Positions 8,760 to 21,133 of a stretch of DNA of 64,000 bases are shown here, in pieces (position 1 is the stretch's first letter; each line of letters starts with the position of its first letter). The DNA comes from a virus, in IMG/VR virus record IMGVR_UViG_3300045303_000152, positions 45,753 to 109,752 of that record. One strand, written 5' to 3'. A program made the position numbers and the translations under genes. Under the pieces are notes generated by a model. It did no database searches and was not told the origin of the DNA. It saw only the letters and a program-made list of their open reading frames with translations.

Positions 8760-11079
8760 ATGAGCGAGCATCGAGACGTGCGTAGTGACGCTTATTGGCA
8801 GGAGTGGGCCGATAACTACAAGCCGACGCCAAGTGGTCCACAGCCAACCGCCACGGGTTATCTGCTGCTGGCGGCGTATGGTAAGGCTAAGCGGGCACTC
8901 ATTCGGCTGGTGTGCTTTGTGTACCAGCACGACATCGAGACTGAAGAGTGGGATGAAGTCAACTACAAGATCGAAAACATACCCTGGCACTGCCGGCGTT
9001 GCGGTGCTGGCGGCATAACCCGCTAAGGCTAAGCTTCAACACAATCAGGCAGTATGTAAACTCTAAGGAAGAGAGGGATCGAGCTATGGCTAAAACAACC
9101 CAAGTCTGCATCAATGAGAACTGCGTGTTCGTGTTTCAGACCAATCACGGCTCGCTAGTAGTGAGGTTCGAGAAGGTAGGCACCCGTGATACTATTTACA
9201 GCGTCGTGACCTATCAGGACAAAAACAATACAATCATCGGGCCGAACATCGGCTACGCGTTCAAGCCGAGAAACAGCAACGAGGCGTGAGCATATGTGGA
9301 TACACAAAGTAGAACGAATATTAAAGGAGGGAACTATGGATGTGCAAATCGAGGCGATGCGTTGTCAAGTATCGAACGTGTTCTACCCTCATTGGGCACT
9401 CAGAAGGGTAGCGCTTGATACTAGCAAGGACACCGGCAAGAGCATCATCGTGCATGAGCCGTTGGCTCGAATGACAGCAACGGCTGTAAGGAACAATAGC
9501 CTAGAAGCTTTTGTGAAGCTGGTACGACTGTCGCAAACACTAAAAGACATAAAGGAGTGAGTAGCATGGGGAAGAACAGACGTAAGCCAATCGAGCGCAA
9601 GCGGCTAGGCCCAGTCGGTGGGCGATACTCGACGCCGTTCTTGAACTATGGCGCGGGCGTTATGAAGGTAACGCCACGACCCATCGACATCAAGATACCT
9701 CGCCGCTTGCTGCTTGCCTTGCAAGTACGTGAGGATAGCAAAAAAGAATGGGGTAACCTGCGCGCGCATTCGATCAACCAGTACACACCCGAAAGCCAGA
9801 AAAACAAGCTAAGAAAGGAACTCGAGTACTTGCGTGAGGGTTGGATGGTGAATGCCTACTTCGGTAGCAATGCATCATTCAGAATTCACGAGGTTTACAC
9901 CCGGCCCGAGGCAGCCACCTACTAAGGAACATGAATATCATGACAAAGAAAGCAAAGAAAAAGCTCAACGGCGTTCACGTGCAAGTCGCAGCGGAGCCAA
10001 TCGAAGCACCTCAATACCTGGGGCACAAGCCGCGCATGGGTAAAGGCAATAAGATCGCCTTGGCCCGAGCAATAGCAGCAGCACGCAACGCCGCTCGCAA
10101 GAGCAACTTGTTCGACGGCATCAGGGGGCACGGCATCGTGATACTCATAGATGCTGCATTGCAGGATGCATTCTTACCCAAGGGCAAGATCGAGGTGCGC
10201 CGCGAGGGGGATCGCTTACAACAAGCATTGAAGCTAGTGAGAGACAGCCAGCGCATGCAGCAGGCACCGCCAGGATTGCTAACCTAATGGAGCCAGAAAT
10301 GAAACACAAGCTAAAGCCCAAGGCTAAACCTAAGCTTGAGGAGTACATATACGCAATCGCAAATCCAGTCACCGGCATGGAGTTGGTGCGCTCGACCTGG
10401 GCGTACTCACTGCAGGAAGCTACTCGCCAAACTGAGAATATTGCTCGGTGCTTTGGCAAGTCAACAGAAGTTGTTCATGTTGAGAGGGCCTGATGATTAG
10501 AATAACACTGCCCCCTTATCCAGAAGTGATCCACATCATGGGCACGCACGGCCTACAATCGCTGACCACTGATAGATTTGCATACCTAGAGAGGGAGTAC
10601 AAGCAACATCTAGCCTTGCTGGTCAGCATGCAATACCACGGCAAGTTCACCGCAGATCAAATAACGGGCATGGTCTTTATCATAGGACTAATGCTGCAAG
10701 CACCCGATGGAGGTAACTGATGGCAACGTACAAACAATTCCCACACTGTCACGCATTCGCAGCCGGGCATGCTGCTGAGAACAGCATACCGCACGACGCC
10801 TTTCATCGCCTAAGGGACTGTGAGGTGTTGCAGACTGAAATCAACCTTTGGAATAGGACTGAAACCGTACTCGCTGCGCTGAAGCTAGATACTCCTGGTG
10901 GCAAAATTTCAGAGCGGCAAGCTGCACTGTTTCAGCTCGGCTATACCCAAGCAATGGGTACGGATGAAATTGCCGATGCCGCTGACGATACCGAGCGCGA
11001 CAAGCTTGAGAAGGAGTACGACCAAAAGCTGGGCCTCGACGACCCGACTATCAGAGAGTTTGTGATTTCGCTGTACTGA
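8760..11079 (+). other. run of small hypothetical CDSs (8760-9026, ~9086-9289, 9294-9560, 9557-9925, 9931-10287, 10287-10493, 10493-10720, 10720-11079)
   Basis: Tightly abutting + strand ORFs with RBSs; no recognised family. Confidence 0.6.
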
Positions 11080-11245
11080 AAGCAAACTCAACCCTAAGGA
11101 GACTTACTATGGAACCCAAGTTGGAATTCGCATTGACTTCGTGGTGCGTGATCTGCCGTAAGTTCGTGCTCGTGCCTTGCGAGCGTGGTGAGTTCGCCAG
11201 TAGTAAGAAACCAAGCTAAGCAAGCGCAAGCTAAGGAGATTTGTA

Positions 11246-13153
11246 ATGGCCGCTACTCGCAAGGTTAAAGAGCCAACAACTGCCAGACGTAAGGCAGCCG
11301 CCAAGAAAAATGAAAAGGTGGTGAAGGAGTATATAAGAAAAAAGCTGCCGAAGCCTTCGGCGAAGAAGTTCACGCCGAAGGCAATGATCGTCACGAGCAA
11401 AACGATCAAAAACACACCGGGCATGCCGCTCACGGCCAAGGCGTATTTGAAGAAGCCTACCAAGCCCACCGCAAAGGCAAAGAAGCCAGCCAAGGCTAAG
11501 GAGACTGTTAAGCGTTGGATACCAGCGCTCAGTGAACCCCAAGCCGAGCGAATGGCTAAGAAGCTAACCGAACAAATGGCTGCGGAGCTAACAGTTGAGT
11601 GGAAACCCAAGTACGAGCTTATTCTGCCCAAGGGCAACGTACCGGCCTCGCCGCAACAGTCTATATTATTTGATTGGATCATCGTGGGTTCCGGCAACGC
11701 GTTCGTGGAAGCTGTCGCCGGCAGCGGTAAGACGACATCGCTGACGCAAGGCTGCCGGTTCATGAGTGGCAGCGTGATGTTGACTTGCTTCAATAAGAAG
11801 ATAGCGGTCGACATCAGCACCAAGCTGGAACAGTTGAAGCTGGCCAACGTGAGTTCCAGCACGTTCCACTCGGTTGGTTGGAAAGCATGCATCAGAGCTT
11901 ACAAAGGCGTCAAGCTCGACGCCCGTGGTAAGCGCGATGCCATGTTCGAGTATTTGCGGGTAGAGGCTACCTTGATGGAGTTTCCCGTCAAGCTGCGCAG
12001 CATCGTCGGCAACCTCGTATCACTGGCAAAGCAGAAGGGCGTGTTCAAGTTTCACGAGCCTGATGATCGGGAGTTTTGGCATGACATCATCGAGCATCAC
12101 AACCTCGATGATGAGATCGAAGACCCCGCAATGGTCGAGCAGGCAATCGAGTTCGCCATCAGCGGCATCAAATGGTCGAAGGAGATTGCACCAAAGCTGA
12201 TGGACTTCGACGATCAGATTTGGATGCCCATCATCACCAACATGCAGGTGCCTAAGTTCGACTGGGTGCTGGTAGATGAAGCGCAGGATACGAATGCAGC
12301 ACGCCGGGCATTGGCACACAAGATGATGCACGAGCGCAGCCGCATTGTATTCGTCGGTGATCGCAACCAAGCCATCTACGGCTTTTGCGGTGCCGACAGC
12401 GATGCCATCGACATTTTGATGAAGGACTTCAACTGTATCGCCCTGCCGTTGAATGTCACCTATCGCTGCCCGCAAGCCGTGGTGCGTGAGGCTCAGAAAT
12501 ACGTGAGCCACATCGTAGCGTGGGATCAGGCAGCCATCGGCTCAGTGGCCAGCGTCAACGCCACCGAGTTTTGGGATAACGAAGTGGCGAAGCTTTATCC
12601 CGAATGCGCCATACTGTGCCGCAACACCAAGCCGCTCGTTGCATTGGCGTTTCAGTTGATCCGTCGCAACGTGGCTTGCCATGTCGAGGGTCGCGACATT
12701 GGCCAAGGTTTGCTCAAGCTGACCCAACGATGGAAAGTCACTGAGATAGGTGAGCTGCACGACAAGCTCGAAGAGTATCTCGAGCGTGAGCGGGCCAAGC
12801 TCGACCTTGCTCGTAAGGAGGCTCAGTCGGCCGCCCTGCAAGATAGGGTCGAAACCCTGTACATTTTGATGGAGGGCTGCACGACCGTATCGCAGCTTGC
12901 CGCCAAGATAGACAACCTGTTCAAGGATACCGAGGGTAGCCAAAAGCGAACCGTCACCCTGAGCACCGTACACAAAGCCAAGGGTCGAGAGTGGGACTAC
13001 GTGTACATTCTCGGCTTCGACAAGTACATGCCGAGCAAGTGGGCCAAGCAATCGTGGGAGAAGGAGCAAGAGACTAATATCATTTACGTCGCGATCACCC
13101 GAGCCATCAAACAACTCACGTTCACCGAGCACTTGGAGGATAAGAAAGCATGA
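11246..13153 (+). CDS. UvrD/Rep-like superfamily 1 helicase with Lys-rich N-terminal extension
   Basis: AVAGSGKT, DEAQD, VGDRNQAIYGF, YRCP, STVHKAKGREW, YVAITRA. Confidence 0.92.
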   Translation: MAATRKVKEPTTARRKAAAKKNEKVVKEYIRKKLPKPSAKKFTPKAMIVTSKTIKNTPGMPLTAKAYLKKPTKPTAKAKKPAKAKETVKRWIPALSEPQAERMAKKLTEQMAAELTVEWKPKYELILPKGNVPASPQQSILFDWIIVGSGNAFVEAVAGSGKTTSLTQGCRFMSGSVMLTCFNKKIAVDISTKLEQLKLANVSSSTFHSVGWKACIRAYKGVKLDARGKRDAMFEYLRVEATLMEFPVKLRSIVGNLVSLAKQKGVFKFHEPDDREFWHDIIEHHNLDDEIEDPAMVEQAIEFAISGIKWSKEIAPKLMDFDDQIWMPIITNMQVPKFDWVLVDEAQDTNAARRALAHKMMHERSRIVFVGDRNQAIYGFCGADSDAIDILMKDFNCIALPLNVTYRCPQAVVREAQKYVSHIVAWDQAAIGSVASVNATEFWDNEVAKLYPECAILCRNTKPLVALAFQLIRRNVACHVEGRDIGQGLLKLTQRWKVTEIGELHDKLEEYLERERAKLDLARKEAQSAALQDRVETLYILMEGCTTVSQLAAKIDNLFKDTEGSQKRTVTLSTVHKAKGREWDYVYILGFDKYMPSKWAKQSWEKEQETNIIYVAITRAIKQLTFTEHLEDKKA

Positions 13154-14954
13154 GACGGCTTTTGAAATGGTGGCGTAGGGAGAATTTGCGTGCAGCGGTC
13201 TACGGCGAGCAAATGCGATTTTTCTACCTCACACACCCCGACGACGTATCGGCTGAAGAGCTAGCAAAACATCGTGCGGATTGGGCTCGCCGTTTGCAAC
13301 TTGCTGATGCTGAGTACAGGCTGGAGGAGAAGAAGTCATGAACTACTACTGGGTTTGGTTTCGTACCTCTAAGTACGAGTCACTGGAAATAGCCAAGTTC
13401 GATAGTCAGGAGGGTGTGACGACCTTTCTAAACGCTTACGCCGGCAATAGTGAACTCGAGTTTACCGTCGTGTTTGGATCAGAGATCAAGTTCAGAGCTG
13501 TCACTGTCATCACCAAGTACGAGCGGGATGATACCGGCGAAAACCAAGGGGAGAAGAAAGCGTGACGGACCAGTACTGTAGCAAGTGTAGAAGTAGAATG
13601 GACATGATTATCACTGACTGCTCACAAATAGGTAGGTGGGTGGGCAGTGATGGGCTAACCGCAAATCGCCAGTTTAGAAAGGACACTGGTGAAGAGATTA
13701 TGGTGCGTATGTGGGTGTGCCCCAACTTCAATAAGAGAACCAACAACAATTGGTTTCAAGTAAACGTGCTAGGGCATGCCAAGTACGAGCAGCATGACAA
13801 GCAAGCAGAGTTTGTAAACCATGACAACCCGCACGCTGTAATCCTATAGCGCGCAACCCCAACCAAGGAGAACTACCCAATGTTACAAGATAAGCTCATA
13901 CCCCTACTGCTGGGCGCTGCTGTTTGCACCCTGGCCGGCGCGCTGGTATTTGGCGTTTCCACCATACCACGTGACCCGCCGCTGGCGCCGATCAAGCCAA
14001 TGAGCTTGAACACGGCAATCCAGCATTGCAACGATGCCGCCTACCAGAAGGCGCCCAACGTCAAGCAGTGGGACATCACCGAATGCCTGTACCATGCGCT
14101 GGATGGCAAGTACCCGATCAAGTCTTCCATTTCGAAGAAGCTGCCACAGTAGGTATGTTATAGGCGAGGCTGCATCAACCCCGAGGGCTCAAATGCGACG
14201 CAAACAACTAACCTCACAAAGGCGCAGAATCGCACCGCCGGCGCCTGATCGCCCGCCAGTAAAGGAGATGCTGGTCGGGCCAAAGAAAGCTTTCAAGCCA
14301 TCGCTGCTCGCGCAGTTTCAGCGGTTGCTTGAAAAGACCCCCGGCAACTACTGGATAATCGTGTACAGTGGCAAAGGGTATACTGACCTGGATTTGAATA
14401 CTACCAAAGAATCCACCGTCAGCACCATACGCCACTTCAAGCACTGTTACCCAGATGCCAAAGTGATCTACTTGAAAATACCCGACGAAGAGCCTAAAGC
14501 TAGCCCCAAACCAGCCAAGCGCAGCTTTGATAAAAAGAAGTACGCGAAAGCTGCCAGAGCCCGTCAATACTAAACCCAGTGGAGGCGTACCGTGCTTCGC
14601 TTAATAGTCAAAGTGTGCCCGAAAGAAAATGGCCGTTTCAACGGTGATGACGAAAGCATCAACCTGAAATGCTACAAAGTTTTCGAGGTGGAGCACGAGG
14701 ACTTGGAGGACTACATCACTGAGCAGCGTGATAATGGCCAGCCAATCAAGCTGGTGGCAATAGAAGTGTTCGAGCAAGCGCCACTGCCATTGGCAACGCC
14801 AGTGTTTCCAGAGTACAAGCCGAGCGATGCAAGCCCCGCCGCGCAAGGCTCATTGATGGCAGCACTCGCAGCGAAGCACAAGCCGGCTAATGACTTCTGG
14901 GGCAGCCTGTTCAAGCGTAAACGCTACGTGCCGCCGCTCAACTTGCCTAAGTAG
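13150..14954 (+). other. run of small hypothetical CDSs (13150-13341, 13338-13565, 13562-13849, 13880-14152 secreted/membrane, ~14193-14573, 14592-14954)
   Basis: Overlapping stop/start junctions and RBSs. Confidence 0.6.
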
Positions 14955-14961
14955 AATTGGC

Positions 14962-14975
14962 GTTCAATTTTGAAC
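14962..14975. promoter_or_regulatory. palindrome GTTCAANNTTGAAC, copy 2
   Basis: GTTCAATTTTGAAC just after the 14954 stop. Confidence 0.65.
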
Positions 14976-15134
14976 TTGTGGGGTAGAAACAGCTAGGGCG
15001 GTCGAGGGTGATGGGATTCCCTGACCGCCCTAACTCGTTGCACCCGCGCCGTCAACCCCTTGCGCGTCACAGGAGCATCATAACACTAGCGTAAACATAC
15101 CTAATCGTCAACCTAAACTGAGGGAGAACTAGCT

Positions 15135-15482
15135 ATGAGCCTTAATTGGGAGAACGACAAATGCCGCAAGTGCAAGCTAGCGCGCACACCTGAAGGGCAC
15201 GACCCATGCCTAGGTGAACTGCCGGGGGTTTTGTTCGCATGTTGCGGGCATGGCAACGGTGCGGGGTACATCTACTTCCAAAGCGGGGTGCTTATCAACT
15301 TCGGCTTTTGCTCGATTGAGCAAGTACCGCCAGAAAAGCTGGCTCAAAGCCGAGCATTGAAGCAATCAGAGTTATTCGAGGCTTACAAGCTCAGGCGATT
15401 GAACAATACCAGCATTGTTAAGCGAGATTCTGATGCATTAGTAAAGGCTAGAACATTCAGGTGGAGTAAGCAGTCGGGCTAG
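15135..15482 (+). CDS. Cys-rich hypothetical protein
   Basis: 'CRKC...GHDPCLGELPGVLFACCGHG'. Confidence 0.7.
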   Translation: MSLNWENDKCRKCKLARTPEGHDPCLGELPGVLFACCGHGNGAGYIYFQSGVLINFGFCSIEQVPPEKLAQSRALKQSELFEAYKLRRLNNTSIVKRDSDALVKARTFRWSKQSG

Positions 15483-15593
15483 AGGGTTAGGCTGGCAGGC
15501 ATAGGCTGGGCAACCCCGTTGCCGCCCCTACGAGCCTCGGCACTGGTGCTAGGGCTGGTACTGGGCATGCAACTAGAGTGCTAACCAGCATTG

Positions 15594-15622
15594 TTGAACC
15601 AGAAGAGAGTGAATAGTAGATT
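15594..15622 (+). promoter_or_regulatory. sigma70-like promoter
   Basis: TTGAAC-N17-TAGATT. Confidence 0.55.
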
Positions 15623-15628
15623 GGCGGG

Positions 15629-15989
15629 GTTCAACACGTTACTGGCTTGAAGCAGTTTCAGCGACGACCTACAGGCGCTTTTGTTTTGCCAGAGCCTCAA
15701 CTGGCCGCCCCTACGATCCGCAGGGTTTGGTTTGCATCAGTGGAGCCCCCACTGATCGAGCTACGCGCTTCCATGAGCGTGTTGCCGTATGCTCGCTGTT
15801 CGGTAGCAACCGGCCTTCAAACCGCATTGCTATATCCGGGGTTATGAGATTTGTCGCAGTAGGTGCTCGGCAGCACCGTCGCCTTTCATTGGTGGGCGGT
15901 GAAGGGTCAAGTTCCGCTGAAGCATCATCAGGCCGTAATCGCTAGGCAGTAGGCGGCGGAGGTCACGCTTCAACACCACTCCGCTCTTT
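15629..15989 (+). ncRNA. candidate large structured non-coding RNA
   Basis: Long-range stems 15638-15670 with 15904-15939 including G-U pairs, several nested hairpins, upstream promoter, terminal GCGGAG/CTCCGC hairpin plus TCTTT. Confidence 0.6.
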
Positions 15990-16125
15990 AACAAGCTCGA
16001 TCAGCTATTAGCTGGGCTCGCCTAGTGTGTAAGTACAACCATACTGCGATTCTTAAATCAAGTTGGTAATCGTATGTTGAAAGTGAGCAAGCAATCGGGC
16101 TTCGCTCAAACTCGAAGGTAACATC

Positions 16126-17076
16126 ATGTCACGTATGGAATCCAAAGCTTTGGAGCGGGCTATTGAAGCGTTCCGCAAGTTTACTGAAACACAAACAACA
16201 TTGATGGCATTGACCATCGGCCCTGAAGAGCTCATGAAGTTTTTGCAATGCAGGGGGAGTTGCATCATAACAGTAACACCCTCGCTCGCTCGCTGGATAC
16301 TTGATAACATGGGCGGGCGCAATCGCGATATCGTCAAGGCTACGGTAGATCGGTACGCCGAAGCCATGAAGAAGCCCAATGGCTGGCGCGTCACTGGTCA
16401 AGGGCTAATCTTCAACCGGGCTGGTAAGCTTGACGATGGGCAACACCGTCTCAGCGCTTGCATACAAGCCGAGGTACCATTCCAAACCTTCGTGGTGTTC
16501 GGCATGGAAGAAGACATTTTCAAGTACCTCGATGACAACAAGCCGCGCCGTGGCTCGGACATTTTCAAAATCAACGGCGTGCCTCTCTATGAGCCTACGG
16601 CAAATGCCATGCGTTGGCTTATGGTGCTTCGCAGTGAGGGTAACAACAAGAAGCGCGTCAGCAACGATGACAAGCTTGATTTCTATATCGAGCATGTTCG
16701 CGAGGTTGACAAGGTAGAGTTCATGCGCGAGTGCGCCGAAACCGCCTTGCAATTGGTGGGTGTTGGTGGGTTTCCAAAGGGGATCTTGGCAGCGCTGCTG
16801 TTCGAGGCCGGCGAAAAGCACGGTGAGCCAAAAGCACAAAAGGTCATGCAGGACCTGAAGCTCAACAAAGGCGAAGCGCGGATCTTCCGCGAAAACTACG
16901 GCAAAATGATGACTGGCTTCAGAGACGACAAGTCGTCATTGACTGACACTGCCAAGTTGCGAGCCATTGCCGAGGGCGTTACGGCTTGCATCGAGGAACG
17001 CCGCGTTTCGGTTAGCGCGCTCATGCGTGCAACTAACGTGAACAAGCCGGAGGAAACTGAGCCCAGCAACAAGTAA
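16126..17076 (+). CDS. ParB/Srx-superfamily protein (DGQHR motif)
   Basis: 'NRDIVKATVDRYAEAM...GW...LDDGQHRLSAC'. Confidence 0.75.
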   Translation: MSRMESKALERAIEAFRKFTETQTTLMALTIGPEELMKFLQCRGSCIITVTPSLARWILDNMGGRNRDIVKATVDRYAEAMKKPNGWRVTGQGLIFNRAGKLDDGQHRLSACIQAEVPFQTFVVFGMEEDIFKYLDDNKPRRGSDIFKINGVPLYEPTANAMRWLMVLRSEGNNKKRVSNDDKLDFYIEHVREVDKVEFMRECAETALQLVGVGGFPKGILAALLFEAGEKHGEPKAQKVMQDLKLNKGEARIFRENYGKMMTGFRDDKSSLTDTAKLRAIAEGVTACIEERRVSVSALMRATNVNKPEETEPSNK

Positions 17077-17148
17077 CATTTGGAAAATGGATGGGGTAGG
17101 CTCAGTATGTATAGTACGAGCCTACCCTAACCTTTTGGAGCTTACAAC

Positions 17149-17898
17149 ATGGCCGACTTCAAGGTACAAAATCTACGGGTTGCGAGTATAGGCTTTCCAG
17201 TCATTCGCCTTCGCAAGATCAACGATCAAAATGTTGCCGCTTTAGCTTCTTCCATGAAGCGAATTGGACTTCAACAGCCAATCATCGTTTACCATGCCAC
17301 GCGCGGGGCGATGGGGTTTGAGTTGGTCGCTGGTAAGCATCGGTTGCTGGCAGCAAAGAAATTAAAGTGGAAAACCATACCGGGGCGCGTGCTGCCTCAC
17401 GATCAAGTTAGGCAGGCTACTTTGATTGAGATAGATGAAAACCTTTGCCGAGCTGAGTTAACACCAGCCGAACGTGTGGCGCACCTTGCCGAGCGTAAGC
17501 GCTTATATGAAGAAGATCACCCTGAAACCAAACATGGCAAGGCCTCCAAAAGTAAAGGCGCAAAGTTTGCGCCTTTATTTAAGGATAAAGCTTTTCATAA
17601 AGATACAGCAGATAAAATTGGTAGGTCAGCGCGAGCAGTTCAACTTGACGCAGAACGTGGCGCAAAGATAGCGCCAAAAGTGCTTCAACGTATTCAAGGC
17701 ACAGCTCTTGATAAAGGGGTACATCTCGATACATTGAAAAACTTGAGTACTAAGGAACAGCATAAGTACGTGGACGATATGTTTCGTAAACCAAAAGAGC
17801 CTAGGTTAAAACCAACAGTCCGGTTGATAACATGCCCACGTTGTAAGAATTGCCCTGATTGTCACGGCACTCGAAAGATCGAAGTTGAAATCGACTAA
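17149..17898 (+). CDS. ParB N-terminal domain protein with HTH
   Basis: 'LASSMKRIGLQQPIIV', 'LVAGKHRLLA', 'IDENLCRAELTPAE'; C-terminal CPRC/CPDC. Confidence 0.85.
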   Translation: MADFKVQNLRVASIGFPVIRLRKINDQNVAALASSMKRIGLQQPIIVYHATRGAMGFELVAGKHRLLAAKKLKWKTIPGRVLPHDQVRQATLIEIDENLCRAELTPAERVAHLAERKRLYEEDHPETKHGKASKSKGAKFAPLFKDKAFHKDTADKIGRSARAVQLDAERGAKIAPKVLQRIQGTALDKGVHLDTLKNLSTKEQHKYVDDMFRKPKEPRLKPTVRLITCPRCKNCPDCHGTRKIEVEID

Positions 17899-20800
17899 CA
17901 TCAATGGAGCACGAGAAAATGCGTAAGAATGCCAAAGTAGCTCGCTCAGACCGCGAGCTTACAAAACTAACTGATCTGGAGAGACTTGCGTGGCGCTTGG
18001 TCCGTCACGACGCGCACGCTGCCTTCAGAGAAGGTAGACCTGGATGTATTGAACTGAAGCATCTTTACGCTTGGTTAGTAGAGCAGCGAAGCATTAAGCT
18101 CGGCCATCCATTACACAAGCTGTTATATCAGGAGTAAGCTTGAGTATAGCGTAGCCAACGAAACCTCAATGGAGCAGACTACCATGACCAACCGTGATTA
18201 TGAAGAAACAGAAGCTAACAGGCGTAACCGCGATCATATGGAGCTCTGGACTGCTAACGCGATAGAAGCCTGTCGTAACGACCCCGAGTTCTTAGCCACG
18301 GGGCTTTGCCCAGTGTGTGTTTGCCACACCCCCTGCCTCTGTGACCAAGCGGCAATCGTCTCTCGCATGAGAGCCTTCTACGAACTGCACCGACCTGGAC
18401 TCAAAAACGGCTATGCGCCTGCCACTATCAACTCTCACCCGCATAGCTTGCCGGAGGTGGGTGGCGGCGCACCGCTGCATTTGGGGACAGGTAGGGACCA
18501 TCTGGACGAACTGCTTACGCGGCTCTACACGATAGTAGAAAAAGGGCTTGATGCGCGCAAGGCCGGTAAGGAAATCGACCCGCCTGTTACTACGGCCGAA
18601 CGTATTGCGTGGGGAGAGCCAACCGCCGTGACTGAGCCCCGCCCTGAGAACCCCCCAGTCTTTGACAGCTTCGACTGGACCGGCGAGGTACGCGAGCCTC
18701 TGCTACTTAGGTTCTTCAGATGGCTCGCGCGGCCGCCAGTGATTAAGTAAGCCTTAGGAGAAAGAAATGTCAGTAGTTTGGAAAGAGACTGAGTGGGGGC
18801 GTAAACCCTACGGAAAGTGTGGACAAATAACGTGGCACTGCCCCTACGAACCTACCGATCCAATGTGCTGTCAGTACGCCGATATTCAAGCTAACAAGGC
18901 GCGAGCAGCAAAAAGGGAGTATCTCGAGCACAACAAGGCAGCATTCGACGCCGAGTATGGACCTGAGGTAGTATCGCAGGCTGAGTATGACGATGGGCCA
19001 GTAGGAGATACCAACGGAGGCTAATATGGATACAGCAACATGGCAATTCATAGGAGTGCTAGTAGCGATTGGAAGTAACTTGATTACTACCGTGTACTTT
19101 CTAGCTCGGCTACAAGCAAAGGTCGAGGCACTTACTGATAGAATTGATAGGCTTGAGGCTGATCTAAAACAAGACATTCGCGACCTAAGAAAAGATCTAA
19201 ATGATGTCATCCGACGCATTGATAAAAGCAGTTACGTGCCTGGAAGTTAAGTTGAGTATGCCTAGTGAGTATCACTGCACCTGACTACCAAACCCCAATG
19301 AATGGAGAACTGCAATGCAGAAGGTCAATGACACCTCAACCGACCGCCTGATCCGTTTCTCTTATACCGAGGGGGGCGGCTTGGGGCTCTTTATGATCGT
19401 GTTCAATGAGCCCGCACATGCGCATCACATTGGCAAGGCGATCAGCGACCCCACTGATCGCATTGAGATTATGTGCGAAGGCAGACTGCCAGACGGTTCG
19501 TCCTTCTTTCGCATCAGCGTGCTGACTACCGCCAAGAATGGTGGCAAGGTCAGCTACGAGGCCCGCCCGATGGGCAAGCAGGTTTACGTCTACCGGCGTG
19601 CTGCGGTATTTTCCAAACTCTTCAAAAAGCCCGGCTCACGTGGGCAAGGGCTCGAACGCCCGTTCATGTTCGGTCGTACCGACGCTGTAGAACTTACTAC
19701 GCTGCAAGTAGCAGAAGCTGGTGTAGATATGAACACGGTGAGTGACGCTGACTTCTTCATATCTGTTCCCATGGTCAACATGCCAGCGCCAAAGCCACGA
19801 CCAAAGGAGGTCGCTAGGCAAGGGCGCAAGCGTAAGCCGGAGTCATTAGAAAACGTCGCTGCCGGCGAGTTCCACATGAACACTGCCGACTTGTTGACGG
19901 AGGCAGGCTTCAAATGGCTAGTAGAGCAGCTTAATGCAGCCATGCAGCATAATCTAAACTTAGGCATCGCCGGCACCGAGGCCGAGCGAGTGGGTAAGGA
20001 AACTATGCTGCGGGGCACCTTGTCAGCGGTGCGCCGGCCTGTCACTTGGTCCAAATTATAACCTAGAACGCGGGTGTGTTAAGGTGAAAGGCAGTCGAGT
20101 ACTCACTCGATTACCTTTCAACCTTGGAGAGACTTTATGAAAGCCCCGCTCGTACTAATCCTAGCCCCCGTACTATTGCTATGGCCAGTCGCAGCCAAAG
20201 CGCAAGAACCTGACATGAAGTGGCTTAACCGCAACGTCGATTGTTTCTTCGGTCATTGCTATCGGGAACCTGCCCGTCGTGTGATTGTCATATATAGAAA
20301 GCAGAAGCAGGCTCGCATTTATCGAGATAGGTATAGAGAACGCGATGTGAACTATGACCGATATGATCGTGATAGGTATGATCGGTATGGCAGGCACGAG
20401 CGAGGTAGTGAGGGCGAGCATGGGTGTAAATCTCGAGTAGTGATTGCCGGCAATCAACATCTTACCGTCGCGGGCGCGAAAAAAGCCGCCGACGATGTCT
20501 GGGCCGGCATGGTGCGATTTCGCTATGGAGAAATGTTTATGGATCTCGATAACGCGCGGCGGGTTAGCTACACCTGTTCGCGTAGCTCAATTGCTGAGGG
20601 TGGTGTTGCTAACCTTGGCCAAACGTTGACCCGCTGCGAGATCGAAGCCGCGCCCTGCGCTGCTAAAAGAGACAACAAGTAAAAGGAGCAGTGCGATGTA
20701 CGATATCATCAACTCGACCGTCAACTTAGGTCACATCCCTCTAACCAGTTTACTGCCGATAGTTTTGGCTTTCCTATTGTTCTATTGGGCGATGTATCAG

Positions 20801-21133
20801 GTACGACGGGATATCAAAGCCCTCACTGCACAGCTCAAAGGATTAGATACCATCACTACCGTTGACGCGAAACTGGTTAGTGCCCTCGAATTGATTGAGG
20901 ACCAGCGCACGCTTATCAAAGAACAGACCAAGCGCATGGACGACATCGAGCGTGGAATTCGAGAGGTAGCTGTCAATACTGCCGCGGATGTGGCTTTGGC
21001 CCTAGAGAAAGCTTTACAAAAGACTCGTGGACGATACCGGCTGGTAGTCCACAAGCCTACACTCAAACTAGCCGAAGCCTTGAAGTCCGTCGAAGTAGCA
21101 GCATCGTAACTCAGGCGTGTAAGTAGAACTTGG

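Noticed and set aside
15593-15978. tmRNA (right size; ends TTCAACACCA, which could pair with GTTGAA)
   Set aside because: No Ala-type acceptor stem with G3-U, no T-arm, and no plausible tag reading frame
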